From Octopus vulgaris (taxonomy: Eukaryota), in NCBI GenBank assembly GCA_951406725.2, contig OX597818.1, positions 20,956,001 through 21,020,000 on the forward strand: DNA of 64,000 nucleotides, in the 5' to 3' direction. The notes under the pieces were generated by a model. The model was not told where the DNA came from. It saw only the letters and a program-made list of their open reading frames with translations, and ran no database searches. Position 1 is the first letter of the stretch. Each line of letters begins with the position of its first letter. The translations under genes were made by a program, and so were the position numbers. Below are positions 39,885 to 53,361 of the stretch, in pieces.

Positions 39885-40115
39885 ACGCATTCTGAAGAAG
39901 GGAAGGATTGTTTCAATTTAGTCGTGTCCTGCCCTTACCTTCGAAACACACAATAAGTCGAAACAGGGGAAGCTGAAGAAGGGGAATGTTCCTTGTGTTG
40001 TATGTCTTGTACTCTGTTTTTTCGTTGATAAAAAAAGTCCGTTTCCTTGTTTTGTTTTTATGTTTTCGTTTCTCGTTGTGTTCTACGTTTTTTTTTTGTG
40101 GTGTCCTGTACCCAT
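39885..40115 (+). mobile_element. Penelope-like terminus with a hammerhead-like core
   Basis: CTGAAGA-AGGGAAGG...CCTTACCTT-C-GAAAC (39892-39947), then a T-rich tail ending at a TA/TG microsatellite. Confidence 0.5.
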
Positions 40116-40451
40116 ATATGCATGTATATATACATATAGATGTAAGTATGTACATATATGTATGTATGTATGCATATGTTTTATTTATTAAATTGTTATT
40201 ATATGATTGAACGTCTTCTTCCAAGTAAGTTTTATATATATATACACACACATATATACTTCTACTTATTTCAGTCATGTGACTGCAGCCATGCTGGAGC
40301 ACCACCTTTTTATCGAGCAAATCGACTTATCTTTTTTAAGCCTGGTACTTATTCTATCGGTCTCTTTTGCCGAACTACTAATTTACGTGGACATAAACAC
40401 ACCAACATCGGTTGCCAAGAGGTGATGGAGGGACAAATACAGGCACAAAGA

Positions 40452-40506
<55 letters not shown>

Positions 40507-41215
40507 GCACACACACACACACATACACATACATACCCATATATATATATATAAGACGGGCTTCATTCATTTTTTGTCTACCAAATCCACTCACAATACT
40601 TTGGTCGGCTCAAAGCTATAGTAAAAGATACTTTCCCAACTTGCCACTCAGTGGGACTGAACCCAGAACAATGTGATTGAGAAGCAAGTTTCTTATTTCT
40701 TTATTGCCCACAAGGGGCTAAACACAGAGGGGACAAACAAAGACAGACAAAGGGATTAAGTCGATTACATCGACCCCAGTGCGTAACTGGTACTTATTTA
40801 ATCGACCCCGAAAGGATGAAAGGCAAAGTCGACCTCGGCGGAATTTGAACTCAGAACGTAGCGGCAGACGATATACCTATTTCTTTACTACCCACAAGGG
40901 GCTAAACACAGAGAGGACAAACAAGGACAGACAAACGGATTAAGTCGATTACATCAGTTGAGAAACACTGGTTTAACCTAAATTTGAGACACCAGTAAAA
41001 GAAGAAATAAAGATAGACTTTTTTTCTATTTCAAAGAAAAACGATTTTGTTCACACAAATATGCAACCGAAGAGTTTAAAGTACCAGCAATGATTAGGCT
41101 GTTGGCTGGGAGAACACAGACATGGTTTAAACAGTAAGCTTGGCAGGAAAGAAACGAAGTTAAGGCAAAATAGTTTCCGACAGACAGAACAGATTTTATA
41201 TAATAGATATATATA

Positions 41216-41576
41216 GGCGTAGGAGTAGCGTTGCGGTAAGTAGCTTGCTTACGAACCACATGGTTCCGGGTTCAGTCCCACTGCGTGGCACCTTGGGCAA
41301 GTGTCTTCTACCTCGGGCCGACCAAAGCCTTGTGAGTAGATTTGGTAGACGGAAACTAAAAGAAGCCCGTCGTATATATGTGTGTATATATATATATATA
41401 TTCTTTGTAAGCCTAGTACTTATTCTATCGGTTTCTTTTGCAGAACCGCTAAGTTACGGGGACATAAACACACCAGCATCGGTTGTCAAGCGATGTTGCG
41501 GGGACAAATACAGACACACCAACATATACACACACATACATACATACATACATACATACATACATACATACATACA

Positions 41577-41607
<31 letters not shown>

Positions 41608-41695
41608 GTATGTGTATGTGTGGTCGATTTGCTCGACTAAAGGCGGTGCTCCAGCATGGCTACAGTCACATGACTGAAACAAGTAAAAGAATAAA
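41216..41695 (+). mobile_element. SINE family A copy with inverted middle segment
   Basis: Head (41216-41375) and tail (41622-41695) are in + orientation; the body at 41399-41604 is in - orientation. Confidence 0.85.
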
Positions 41696-41761
41696 GGAGT
41701 ATATAAACTAGTCCCAATGTTCATTTCTAGTCAATTCAACGCCATAAATACTTTCAAATCA

Positions 41762-41796
<35 letters not shown>

Positions 41797-42061
41797 GACA
41801 CGCATACAGACACACACACACATACACACATACATACATACATACATACATACATACATACATACATACATACATACATACATACATACATACATACATA
41901 CATACATACATACATACATAGTTTTAGGAGTCATACACAAATATGCCAGTCGTTTGACCTTTTCTGATCCTTTGACTGAATGGATGATCAAACCCGTTGA
42001 CCTTTCCTCAGAAAACCACAGAATCTATTCCTGGCAAAGAGGTGAACTGAGGTGAACTCAA

Positions 42062-42115
<54 letters not shown>

Positions 42116-42543
42116 CTTTTTCTTACCCGGGGATGAAAGGGCAAAGTTTATAGCCCTTCAGGTACTTTTCACATACTGGACACACAGATATTCAGCTTAA
42201 ACATCTGTCGTTCGACCTCCCGTTGAGAGAAAAATTATTGTGGACGAAGGCGCAATTATAGAGACTTAGGATTCTAATAAGATGGAAAGGTACTGACCAA
42301 TCACAGTGCAGAGATGAGAAAGAGGAAAGGCGAAGCGAGAGGGACAGATGAGTGAGTGAACCATGGTGGATGAGATGTGCAAATGAAGTTCAGATGAATT
42401 GGGGCCGTAGAAGAATTGATGTAAAGAGGTAGTAAAGTTATAAGAGGAAGCGTCCTGTTTACCGATCAATTAAAAGATATTCTTTTAGATATGATCCTAT
42501 GATCCTTGGTGTTCCATATACTTGGGGAGCACTCCATTACAAA

Positions 42544-43282
42544 GGTATTTTTTAGTTATCTTACCTCCATTAAAAAATTGCCATTAAAAAGTTGGGTTAT
42601 CTCCCCACTAAAAAGTTGATTTTAAGTGGCGACAAGAGATTGGATTAAAAGGGTTAGTTAGGTCCTTTTGATTCAATACTCCAACAGATTGTTGACTTTT
42701 GGCCTCCTCAATAGGCATGGTATGATTTGTTATAAAAATGTTATAGGCGCAGGAGTGACTGTGTGGTAAGTAGCTTGCTGACCAACCACATGGTTCCGGG
42801 TTCAGTCCCACTGCGTGGCATCTTGGGCAAGTGTCTTCTGCTATAGCCCCGGGCCGACCAATGCCTTGTGAATGAATTTGGTAGACGGAAACTGAAAGAA
42901 GCCTGTCGTATATGTGTATGTGTGTGTGTGTGTGTGTCTGTGTTTGTCCCCCTAGCATTGCTTGACAACCGATGCTGGTGTGTTTACGTCCCTGTCACTT
43001 AGCGGTTCGGCAAAAGAGACTGATAGAATAAGTACTGGGCTTACAAAGAATAAGTCCCGGGGTCGATTTGCTCGACTAAAGGCCGTGCTCCGGCATGGCC
43101 GCAGTCAAATGACTGAAACAAGTAAAAGAGAGTAAAGATTCATTAAGATGTTTAATCTTTTCACTTTTCATGTTTATTAATTTTTCATTTTTGTTTTGTT
43201 TTATTGAGGGTTAAACAATGTTTTTAGTTGGGGGGGGGAGATAACCCAATTGTTTAATGGGGTGAAATAACCAAAAAGTACT
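42544..43282 (-). mobile_element. GGTAC-ended MITE copy A (interrupted by SINE)
   Basis: Reverse-complement match to 43570-43996 on both sides of the inserted SINE. Confidence 0.75.
42746..43136 (+). mobile_element. Full-length tRNA-derived SINE family A (CORE-like segment, internal microsatellite)
   Basis: GGCGCAGGAGTGACTGTGTGGTAAG...GGGTTCAGTCCC head, TGGCATCTTGGGCAAGTGTCTT, and tail CATGGCCGCAGTCAAATGACTGAAACAAGTAAAAGAG. Other copies: 15520-15743(-), 22361-22772(+), 30390-30530(-), 30716-31070(+), 40262-40695(-), 44258-44690(+), 55820-56205(-), plus fragments at 1400, 4750, 6110, 19750, 23040, 28895, 38260 and 60415. Confidence 0.92.
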
Positions 43283-43569
43283 CAAAGTATGTTCTGGTCC
43301 TTAAAAAAAGGCTAATTTTTATGATGTAAGTTATGTTAAGGTAATACATGGAAGCTCACCGTGAGAGACCATCACTATTTGTAGCGATATGAAAAATCTT
43401 AGAGGTGTGTTTTCCATGATTAGAGATGGAGAAATACAAGACTGATATGTGGTGCAAGTGCGTCGGATATTTTTCGTTTCCGTTCAAACTTAAATCTTAA
43501 TCTGAAAATTTTCAAAATTGTAATTTCGATATAGTTTTACATACTGTTTACAAATATCGTAGTTATTAT

Positions 43570-43996
43570 GGTACTTTTCGGTTATCTCACCCCCATTAAA
43601 AAATTGGGTTATCTCCCACCGTTTTTATGAAAAATATGAAAAATATCGGTACTTTTGGTTACTCCCCCACCTAGAAAAATTGTTTAATCATCAATAAAAC
43701 AAACAAAAATTTAAAAAATGAAAAATAAATCAATAAACATGAAAACTGAAAAAAAATTAATAAAAAGGAAAACTGAAAAAATTAATCATCTTATTGAATC
43801 TAATAACATTTTTATTACAAATCATACCATGCCTATTTAGGGGGCCGAACGTCAACAATGTGTTGAATATTAAATCAAAAGGATCTAACACTTTTTATCC
43901 AATCTCTTGTCGCCACAAACTCAATTTTTTAGTGGGGAGGTAACCCAATTTTTTAATGGTAATTTTCTAATGGGCGTGAGATAACCAAAACGTACC
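43570..43996 (+). mobile_element. Merlin-like MITE copy B
   Basis: TIR GGTACTTTTCGGTTATCTCAC-CCCATTA / TAATGGGCGTGAGATAACCAAAACGTACC; flanks GTTATTAT and GTTAGTAT (7/8 match, putative 8-bp TSD). Confidence 0.7.
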
Positions 43997-45552
43997 GTTA
44001 GTATTTTGGAAAATTTATAACTAAGAAATTAGACGCATGTAAAGTTACGTAATTTTAGCCAATGAAACTTAAGCAATTGTTCTCACTGCGGAAGTCGAAA
44101 CCATTTCTTATGGTAACTCAGCTTCATTAATTAATTTGAATACCAACCCGCGAGTAGCCATTCTTTTGGGGAAAAAAGTGCGTCTTGTTCAAAGAAATTA
44201 AGCCCCTCATTGAAAGATACTTTCTTGTGCACTGTGCATTGATTCAAAGATGTATTAGGCGCATGCAAAGCTATGTGGTTAAGAAACCCCGCTTCGCAAC
44301 CACATGGTTGAGAATTCAGTGACACCTGGGCATGTGTCTTTCAACATAGTCACCACCCCGACCAATGCCTTGTTAGTGAATTTAGTAAAAGAAAACTGTG
44401 TGGAAGCCGATCGTATGTATGTCTGTGTGTGTGTGGGGGGGGTTGTGTGCGTGTATGTGTGTCATTATGTCTGTGTTTGTTCCCCCACACATCTTGATAA
44501 CCGATGTTGCTTTGTTTACGTTACCATGACTTATCGGTTCAACTATATAAAAAAAACAACAGACTGATAGAATAAGTACCAATTCAAAAAAACAAAACAA
44601 GCACTGGGGGAGATTTGTTCGACTAAAACCCTTTAAGGTGATGCTCCTGCATGGCCGCAGTCGAGTGACTGAAACGTAAAAGATAAAAGATAGAGTATAA
44701 CAGGATAGTCAGCCTGCTTGTTAAAAAAGTTTTAGTTACTACACCATTCCTTCGGATGCAGACCAGAATGTAGCATTTTCTGTTTGTTCTTCTTTTTATT
44801 GTTGTTAGTGGTGGTAATGGGTTTTTTTTTTTTTGTATCATTTTCAAATCGTTGATTTCCTTCTTCTAACTTCTATTTTTAATCAAGCAAAATATCACCA
44901 GTTTGAATGAATTTCCTAGATACGTGAGCACTAAACTAACACGGAGTTGATTTCTTTCAGAGTTGAAATATCTTCTGTACTTCTCAAACGCGTTTAAGCC
45001 TTTTGGCTGCAGTTTGTTGGGTTTTCTGTACTGCAGATTTAATATTGTATTTATATATACTCGTATAGTAATTGAACTGGCCTTGCTTTAATTTCGACGA
45101 ATGAGGATTCCGGTTGCTCGAACAACGAAATTATGTAGCCATTGTATTGTGGCTAAATATTCCATAAACACGTCCATTTAATGTAACCATGAAGCAAGCT
45201 CGCCATAACATTGTAATCAACAAAGCCAAGTCTTTGAATTACAGGTGTAGTTTCCGTCTGTCTCATTTCGTTCACAAGACTTGAGACAACCCGCATCTAT
45301 AACAGAAAACACACAAAGAGTCACACAGTGGATTGAGCAAACGTTTCATAACAATTCGATCATGGGGTTTATTTACTGCTTGTTGGAGTGATTCAGGAAT
45401 GGGTTGATGGTGACTTGTTTATGAACACATCTATATCTATCACTTTCAATGAATTAGGTCACTCCACTAATAGTGCAGTACGTTTTCTATTCGGCCAGTT
45501 TCAACACAAAGCCATGGAGACAAATTAAAATAAACTGTGGAAAATGGAGGTA

Positions 45553-46053
45553 CAGTGATCCCTCGTTTATCGCGGTAGATTGGTTCCGAGACCGGCCGTG
45601 ATAACTGAATTTCTGCGAAGTAGGGACACCATATTTACAATGTTTATTTAACGTGTATTTGGACTTTTAAAACCCTCCCTATACTGTCAGCAACCCACCT
45701 ATTACAGTAGTCTATTAATAACAAGGACAACTGTTAAGCAATAACATTTTAGATTAAAAAAACAAAAAAATTGTTACTGTTACACAGGCCAGCTTGCAAA
45801 ATACAAAGCTGTGATTCGTCGTCTCTCTCCATTGCACCAATCACAGCCCGTCTTAAGTTCAAATACCCCTGTATATGCTTTTTTGCTATTTTACGCTTGT
45901 TTTGTTGTTCCAAGACTATGAAGTAATATTTATTATTAATATTTTAATGGGATTTAATGAGAAATTTTAGGCGTTCATCTCTATATATAAAACTGTATAT
46001 ATATATTTTTAAAATCCGTGATAGCCGAACCGCGAAGTAGCGAGTGATCACTG
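45553..46053. mobile_element. pogo/Tigger-like MITE
   Basis: TA|CAGTGATCCCTCGTTTATCGCGGT ... ACCGCGAAGTAGCGAGTGATCACTG|TA. Confidence 0.88.
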
Positions 46054-46361
46054 TATATGGACTTATTTGATTATTTATTATTTAACACACACACGCACAC
46101 ACACACACACACACATACACACAGGAGGATCCTTCTGAATCATGTAGACTCATAGGGCCGGTTTCCTGGTTTCCTTGGCGCATATATTTTTTTCTCCAGG
46201 ACAGGATGCTGGTGAGTTGCTGGTTTACTCATATTTGCCAGCTGAGTGGACTGGACCAACGTGAAATGAAGTGTTTTGCTCAAGAACACAATGCTTTGCC
46301 TGGCCCAGGAATCGAAACCACATACATACATGCATCATACATACATACATACATACATGCA

Positions 46362-46394
<33 letters not shown>

Positions 46395-47324
46395 GACCTA
46401 ATGGTTAGGCTCAGTGTGTGTATTCGTTATAGCCTAGTGGTTAAGCTGTTACACTCACGACCGCCAAATCGCGGTTTCAAGTCGCGGACCGGTCGGTACG
46501 TTGTGTTCTTGACCCTCCTGCGATATCTTCGACATCTAACAAGTGGTATGCAGTGCAGATGTACGAGCAATGTCACGTGACACGTAGCTTGGAAATATAC
46601 TTTTGTCACCATGAATAATTCCAGGAAACAAGGCATACGTAATATAATTACAAATTAACTTTTATGCAATTTCTTGGTACTAATGCAAAAATGATTAAAT
46701 GAATTCTAATTTTAAGGAGAAAAACATTTGTTGCATTAAAATAGCGTTAAATAAAACGAATTTCTCATTTGAATAACTCCTCCTACAACTATTCTCTCAT
46801 TTACTTCCTTCTCTCCTCCCCCCATCATCATCTGTCTCTATGAGTCTTTCTCTCTCACTCTGTGTGCGTGCGTATGTGTGTGTATGTGTGTTCATAACCT
46901 TTGTTCTATTGGTGGTCTATATTCTGCACATTCCATGTAATTTATTAAGCACACCTACACAGTCATTTATATATAAACGATTTATAGACGAACACAAATT
47001 CACGTGACACAGTAATTACTACAATGGTCTGCAAGTTGCCGTGGGTGGACGAGTAAAAAAGATTGTGAGGGCAAGGCAGAAAGACCTTATACCCTCACAT
47101 ATTTATTTATTTTCGGAGCTGTTTTTGTTCTATGGCGTGATTAGTGCCCGCAGGAGGAAACGAACTCATAATGTTATCCTCTTCGATGCGAAACGAGACC
47201 TGACTGAAAACAAAACAATAATTGACATTCTTTCCTTTCAAGTATGGCAAGTGTTAAAGTTGTGTCAGCTGATTTCGCCGTATATGATGTCATTTTCGAT
47301 AGAATCGTAAAAAAATACAAAAAT

Positions 47325-47395
<71 letters not shown>

Positions 47396-47614
47396 GCACA
47401 CATATTCACGTACATTATACATCCTTTTTGTGTATTTTTTACGATTCCCTTATTTTTATGTATTTCTGTAAACTACCGAGAATGACAATGTGTTGGGAAA
47501 ACGGCACAACTGACACTCGCCATTCTTAAAACGAAATAATGCCCAATACCTTGAGATTGAAAAAATGTCTCCGTCTTCAAACTAGTAAAGAGATTGCTGA
47601 AAGAGATTTAGCTG

Positions 47615-47912
47615 TTTAGTGCAGCGGACTCGCGGTCGGAGGATCGGGTTTCGATTCCCAGACCGGGCGTTGTTTATGTTTATTGAGCGAAAACACCTAA
47701 AGCTCCACGAGTCTCCGGCAGGGGGTGGTGGCGACCCCTGTTGTACTCTTTCGCCCCAACTTTCTCTCACTCTTTCTTCATGTTTCTTGAGTAACGCTGC
47801 GTTGGACTGGCGTCCCGTCCAGCTGGCGGGGGGGGGGGGAACACATACACCATAGAAACCGGGAAACCGGGCCCATGGACCTGGTTAGGCTTGAAAGAGG
47901 CACATAAATAAA
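47615..47912 (+). mobile_element. tRNA-derived SINE with a V-domain-like segment; related partial copy at 46135-46320 (-)
   Basis: B-box-like GGTTTCGATTCC; TGGACTGGCGTCCCGTCCAG...AGAAACCGGGAAACCGG resembles the V-SINE domain as I recall it; A-rich tail. Confidence 0.6.
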
Positions 47913-47919
47913 AAAAATC

Positions 47920-48290
47920 CTTTCTACAATAAATACAGGGCCTGGATTTTGTGGAGACGGGGACAGTCGATCACCTCGACCCCAGTACTCAATTTATCGA
48001 CCTCGAAAGGATAAAAGGCAAAGTCGATCTCGGCGGAATTTGAACTCACAACGTAGCGGCAGATGAAATAACTATTTTTTTACTACCCACAAGGGGCTAA
48101 ACACAGAGGGGACAAACAAGGACAGACATACGGATTAAATCGATTATATCGACCCCAGTACTTAATTTATCGGCCCCGAAAGGATGAAAGGCAAAGTCGA
48201 GCTCGGCGGAATTTGAACTCAGAACGTAACGACAGACAAAATACCGCTAAGCATTTCGCCCGGCGGGCTTAACGATTCTGCCAGCTCGCC
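47920..48290 (-). mobile_element. SINE family B, two-module copy
   Basis: Minus-strand head GGCGAGCTGGCAGAATCGTTA, GAGTTCAAATTCC B box, and two copies of GACTTTGCCTTT[C/T]ATCCTTTCG. Other copies near 8015, 20245, 27110, 27635, 28500, 31165, 38560, 40693, 51720, 53890, 58040 and 61950. Confidence 0.85.
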
Positions 48291-49417
48291 AATGAAAGTC
48301 TCTTCTCTGGATTAATCGAATTAATCTACCCTACACCAGCTCGATGAAGGCGTTCGTCTTTTATAAGAAAGACAGATTTCCGCCAGATAATTAAAATAAA
48401 AATGAAGCCACGTCACTTAACATTTTACAAAACGCTTTTATCAAATATTCTACATAATTATTATATTATATAATTATTTTTAGCCTATGTTCTTTCACTG
48501 AATTTGAGGAAATTACAGTGCCAGAGGCTTTTTGTTCTTTTGCTTAATTTGTTAATACATATATCCAAATTTCACCAGCACTTTATTGTGTGATATATTT
48601 AGAACAGTAATATAACTAAAAGCAAACATTATTACGTTAAAAACTACATTTCCAAAATAGTGATGATAATAATAATAATAAATACAGTACAATAATTCTT
48701 TTTTTTAAATCCTGATTTCTTTGTTTTATGATGTTTCACAAACGAGTTATACATTTCTTTGTACTATGAAGTCACAATGTTTTCACAGTAAAAAGCCATA
48801 AGTGAATCTCACCTATTTTCAGAGAGCCTTAATATAAGGGGAAAAATTGAATAAACAAAAGGTCGTGTGAAAAAAATCATTTTTTTTTTTAGTTACATAT
48901 TCTTATATTCTTTTACTAGTTTCAGTTATTGGATTGTGATCAGACTGGGACACTACCTTCAAATATTTTAATCGATTCTATTGCCCTTAGTGCTTTGACC
49001 TACAATTATTTTTATTGATTTCAAAAGGGGACAAACGGCAAAGTCGATCTAAGTCGATCGACTACATTGGTATATCATGCTGCCTGCATGCCTTATATTT
49101 TTGACTCTCATTTCTAGCAATTGCAAGTGCTATTTAGCACCCTTATTTATTAATTTTTACTTTTTTGGTTTTAATTGCTATAGCCATGTATATTATAATG
49201 TATTTAATATATATTAAAATATTAATATACTATTATATCTTATTGTGTGTGCATGTATGTGTGTATATGTGTATGTATGTATATATATGTACATATATAT
49301 ATGATGGATTCTCTTGTCGTGGACGATAAATGAGGGTTCAGAAAAATAAAGTGTTAATCATGTTCTCTTTCTCTCTCTCTCTCTCTCCCTCTCTTTCTCT
49401 CTCTCTATCTCTCTATC

Positions 49418-49455
<38 letters not shown>

Positions 49456-49552
49456 CACACATACACACACACACACACACATACATGCGAGTGGGTGAAC
49501 AAACGAAAGAAAGTGGCGTGCAATACATTTGGTAGGAATTATTATTTAATAA

Positions 49553-49695
49553 CAGTTTGATTCGGCTCTATACCTTAACCTGACGAGCTAGGTTCATCTT
49601 ACGAAGCTAGCTCGTCAAGTTAACGTAAGCCCGACGAGCTAGTTTCTTTTTAAGAGCCCACGAAACTTTCAGTTGCATGGAGCCGAATCAAGCTG
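49553..49695. mobile_element. Short MITE-like element with an internal hairpin
   Basis: TIR CAGTTTGATTCGGCTCTAT / ATGGAGCCGAATCAAGCTG; inner TGACGAGCTAG...CTAGCTCGTCA. Confidence 0.55.
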
Positions 49696-50199
49696 CTACG
49701 AAGATATTTGCACGCGTGTAACGATTTCTTTATAGCAAATAAATGAGAGGAAGAAAACTAATATTAATTGCTATGACCCTCTATTATATCGCTACAATGT
49801 AAAATATAATTTCTTCGAGTTGTAGTGCACAGATTATTTGCAGTTTTGTTATCCATTCTGTAGGTAGTTAACTTCATCTTTTGTTGACTGCTAGGAGAAC
49901 TGATAGAAGAAGGTGAGAGAAAGAATAAAAGTATCTAGACAAATAGAGAGGTTGAAAATTGTGTGCTCCCTCTTTGACAACTCATGAGTAAAGGAAGAAA
50001 GAGGGATATTCTTCGACGGTCGGCCTAGTGAAGAAATGGTAGAAGCGATTTAGGGTTCCGTATTTATATTTTCTATCACTAAATTAGGTCAAGCTCTTAT
50101 AAACTTCTAAGGGCAAAAGCCAGAACAATAGTAAGAGAAGTTGTAGAAGACTGTAGATTCGTGTTTCGAACCCTGGCTTAGAATCTGGGAAGCTATTCG

Positions 50200-50258
<59 letters not shown>

Positions 50259-50402
50259 CGTACGTATGTGCGTACACACAGACACACACACACAATGCAA
50301 TGGTGACCAAGAAGATCTTAACAAATTAACTTATATATGTATGTATACATGAATATATATGTATACACGAATATATAACTCTGTATATATATGTGTGTGT
50401 GT

Positions 50403-50457
<55 letters not shown>

Positions 50458-50926
50458 TCTGTACAGGCGCATGCAAAATGAAGACCCGCATACATGCTAA
50501 TTGTTTCTGAAAAGCATTAATTAAAAATGTTACTAAAAAGTATTATTTTAGAACATTGCTTTAACAGAAATGCAATTGCATAACTTCGATTATATGAACG
50601 TTTTTATAATAATATTACCATGAGAACCAGAAATGAAACCAAAAGCTTGAACCAGTCGTGTTTCCACGTTCTTTCATAAGAGTTTTCAAGCGAAAGAACA
50701 TAACGATAAGCGTTTCTTTTAAACCCTCATTTCATTTTTCAAAACATATTCAAAAGAAAACTAGGTTCGGTTTACCAGCTGCTGATGATTGGAAACGAAT
50801 AACTTGGAATTCTGGAAATCGGGGCCTATATATATATATAGTTAATCCAAACAAGAAAACAAAAACAAAAAAACAACGCAAGGACGTGGAACAAATAAAG
50901 TATTATTAGACGCTCAGGAAAGAAGG

Positions 50927-50977
<51 letters not shown>

Positions 50978-51337
50978 ATCGGCTTTAGCATGGTTTCCGT
51001 TTCCCAAATTTTAATTTCACTCACATGCGTCAAGTTTATTGTGACAAACACTTGTCCAAGTGGCATGGTACTTAGAACTACGTATTTAGGAAACGAACTT
51101 TCAAACGGCTCCGCCTATACATAAAATGATAAGTTTACAGACTAAATTCACAACCAACAACGTTGCAAGTGAACAAAATGAATATTTAAGCAAGACTAAA
51201 ATCGAATTTTTTGCCCATGAAGCCATCGCATTGAACCCCTATTGATTTTGCTTTTGTAAGACGATACGAAAACAGGCAAAGGAAGATTATAAAAACAATA
51301 GCAAAATAAAGACTAATGCTGTATAACTTAACATATA

Positions 51338-51545
51338 CGAGGAGATGCGGAAAAGTCCATGTCTTTGGGTAAAAGAAAATATAGGAGAATCAGTTAATTA
51401 TGATTATTCAGCATATTCCCCTTTCAGAGTCACACACTTATTGCAGCGGTCCTTCAGTTTTTCTAAATCCTGTAACAGAACTCGGAAGATTGAGCCTCCG
51501 ACCAGGCCTTTCGTGATACTCTTCAAGACAGGAAATTTCCAGCTC
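51338..51545 (-). mobile_element. Mariner right end (transposase C-terminus)
   Basis: TA|CGAGGAGATGCGGAAAAGT terminus; minus translation GLEKLKDRCNKCVTLKGEYAE* is a mariner-type C-terminus. Confidence 0.7.
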
Positions 51546-52046
51546 CCTTGCTATCTATGGAGTGAAAATTCTGGTCAATAAAATCAATCAAGATGTAATA
51601 TCTTGCTATGTAAGAAAGATGGAGTTATGTAACTTGATCTGCGCAGAATTAACTTGCTGGCCAAAGACTACATGACTCACGAAACGATAAACAAAACAGT
51701 CTCTGTCAGTCTACTGGTATTAAATTTTGGTGGAGGGGTAAGTCGATTACATGGACCTCACTACTCAACTGGTATTTGTTTTATCGAGCCCTGAAGGATG
51801 AAAGACAAAGTCGACCCCGGCGTCAATGTGAACTCAGAACGTAATGCCCGCTAGGCATTTTACCCGGCTAGCTAACGATTCTGCCACCTCACTGCTTTAC
51901 TCAGTAAATATGTCAAACATAAGTATGCTAAACCTAAAGTCATGGATGTGTGGTCCAAATCCTTTTGGTACATTTTTTTTCAACTGCAATGCTTATATAT
52001 TTATACTGATTGGTGGTATTCACGTAAAACATTCAATTGCTACATT

Positions 52047-52094
<48 letters not shown>

Positions 52095-52216
52095 TTTACA
52101 TTGTTTTGAAAATATTTTTACGCATTGTCTCTGAGATTGTGCCTTTTGATTGTAATTGTCATTATTAATGTCTACTGCATACACTTAGCATTTACTCATG
52201 GCACGCGCTAACACTG

Positions 52217-52279
<63 letters not shown>

Positions 52280-52484
52280 TGTCTGTCTGTCTGTCTGTCT
52301 GTGTCTGTGTCTGTGTGTGTGTGTGTGTGTGTGTACGTGTTGCTGTAAAAGGACATGTAAATATCTTTGACTCAGAAAGAACAAACAATACTGCCACTTA
52401 AGTGAGACATATTTGCACTATTTGTAATACAAGTTTCAAACAGCTCTCGGGATTCAAAAGCCACTTGCATGCTCATACACAGAA

Positions 52485-53090
52485 AAGGACCAGGAAACTA
52501 TTCTGGTTCTATGGAGGACATTTGTCATCAGCAGTCTGGACTACTGCTCTCAACTGCGATCACTCTACAGTATCAAATTATTAGCGGAACTTGAGGCAGT
52601 TCAGCAACGCTACACCAGGAAGATTGCATCAATGAAACAGCTGAGCTACTGGGAGAGACTGAAAGAGCTACGACTCTCCTTGCTGGAGCGAAGACGGGAG
52701 AGAGATATGCAGTGATATGCGTATGGAAGATCCTGGAGGGGCTGGCTTCAAACTTTGGCATCTCTGAACTAGATGTCACTCCACTGTTCCAAAGGTCACA
52801 GCTATCCCGTCTAGCGTGATAGCCATATATTACAATAGTTTAAGATTCAAGGGCCCACTGCTGTTTAATACCTTGCCAAAACATCTGAGAGATCTACATG
52901 GAGTAGAGCTAGATGCCTTCAAGAAACAACTTTACGTCCCGTTATCCAAGGTTCCAGATGAACCAACAGCACGGCAAGAAACTCGAAAGAGGGCAGCAAT
53001 ATCAAAGTCCCTTTTTCTCTAAAAGCCAATCACATAAGAATGCCCATTGAAAAAGTGATAACACTGGCAGTGCCCCAGCATGGCCACAAC
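52485..53090 (+). mobile_element. CR1-group (CR1/L2/Crack-like) LINE 3' fragment
   Basis: LDYCSQL...ELEAVQQRYTRKI...LSYWERLKELRL.LLERRRERY..I.VWKILEGL..N and SLRFKGPLLFNTLPKHLR. Confidence 0.85.
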
Positions 53091-53199
53091 AGACCTGGTC
53101 GCATTTGTAATGCAATACAAATTTAGCTGTATGTATGTATGTATGTATGTATGTATGTATGTATGTATGTATGTATGTATGTATGTATATATACAATTG

Positions 53200-53361
53200 C
53201 AGCGTGGAAGGTGTTTATCAGCCATTTAAGAAACACACAAAACCGTTAAATTCACTTCAACATTTAAATTTAAATTTAAATGACAAATTAAATTTAAATG
53301 TTGAAGTGAATCTAACGGTTTTATGTGTTTCTTAAATGGCTCATAAACACCTTCCACGTTG
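53200..53361. repeat. Near-perfect 162-bp palindrome
   Basis: CAGCGTGGAAGGTGTTTATCAGCCATTTAAGAAACACACAAAACCGTTAAATTCACTTCAACATTTAAATTTAA is followed by its reverse complement with few mismatches. Confidence 0.9.

Noticed and set aside
49600-49670. CCGACGAGC...CGAAAC hammerhead-like motif
   Set aside because: Helices I and III cannot be formed; better explained as internal repeats of a MITE.
52402-52480. C2H2 zinc finger HICTICNTSFKQLSGFKSHLHAH
   Set aside because: A single finger with no TGEKP linker or splice context; more likely the C-terminal finger of an RTE-type LINE than a ZNF gene.
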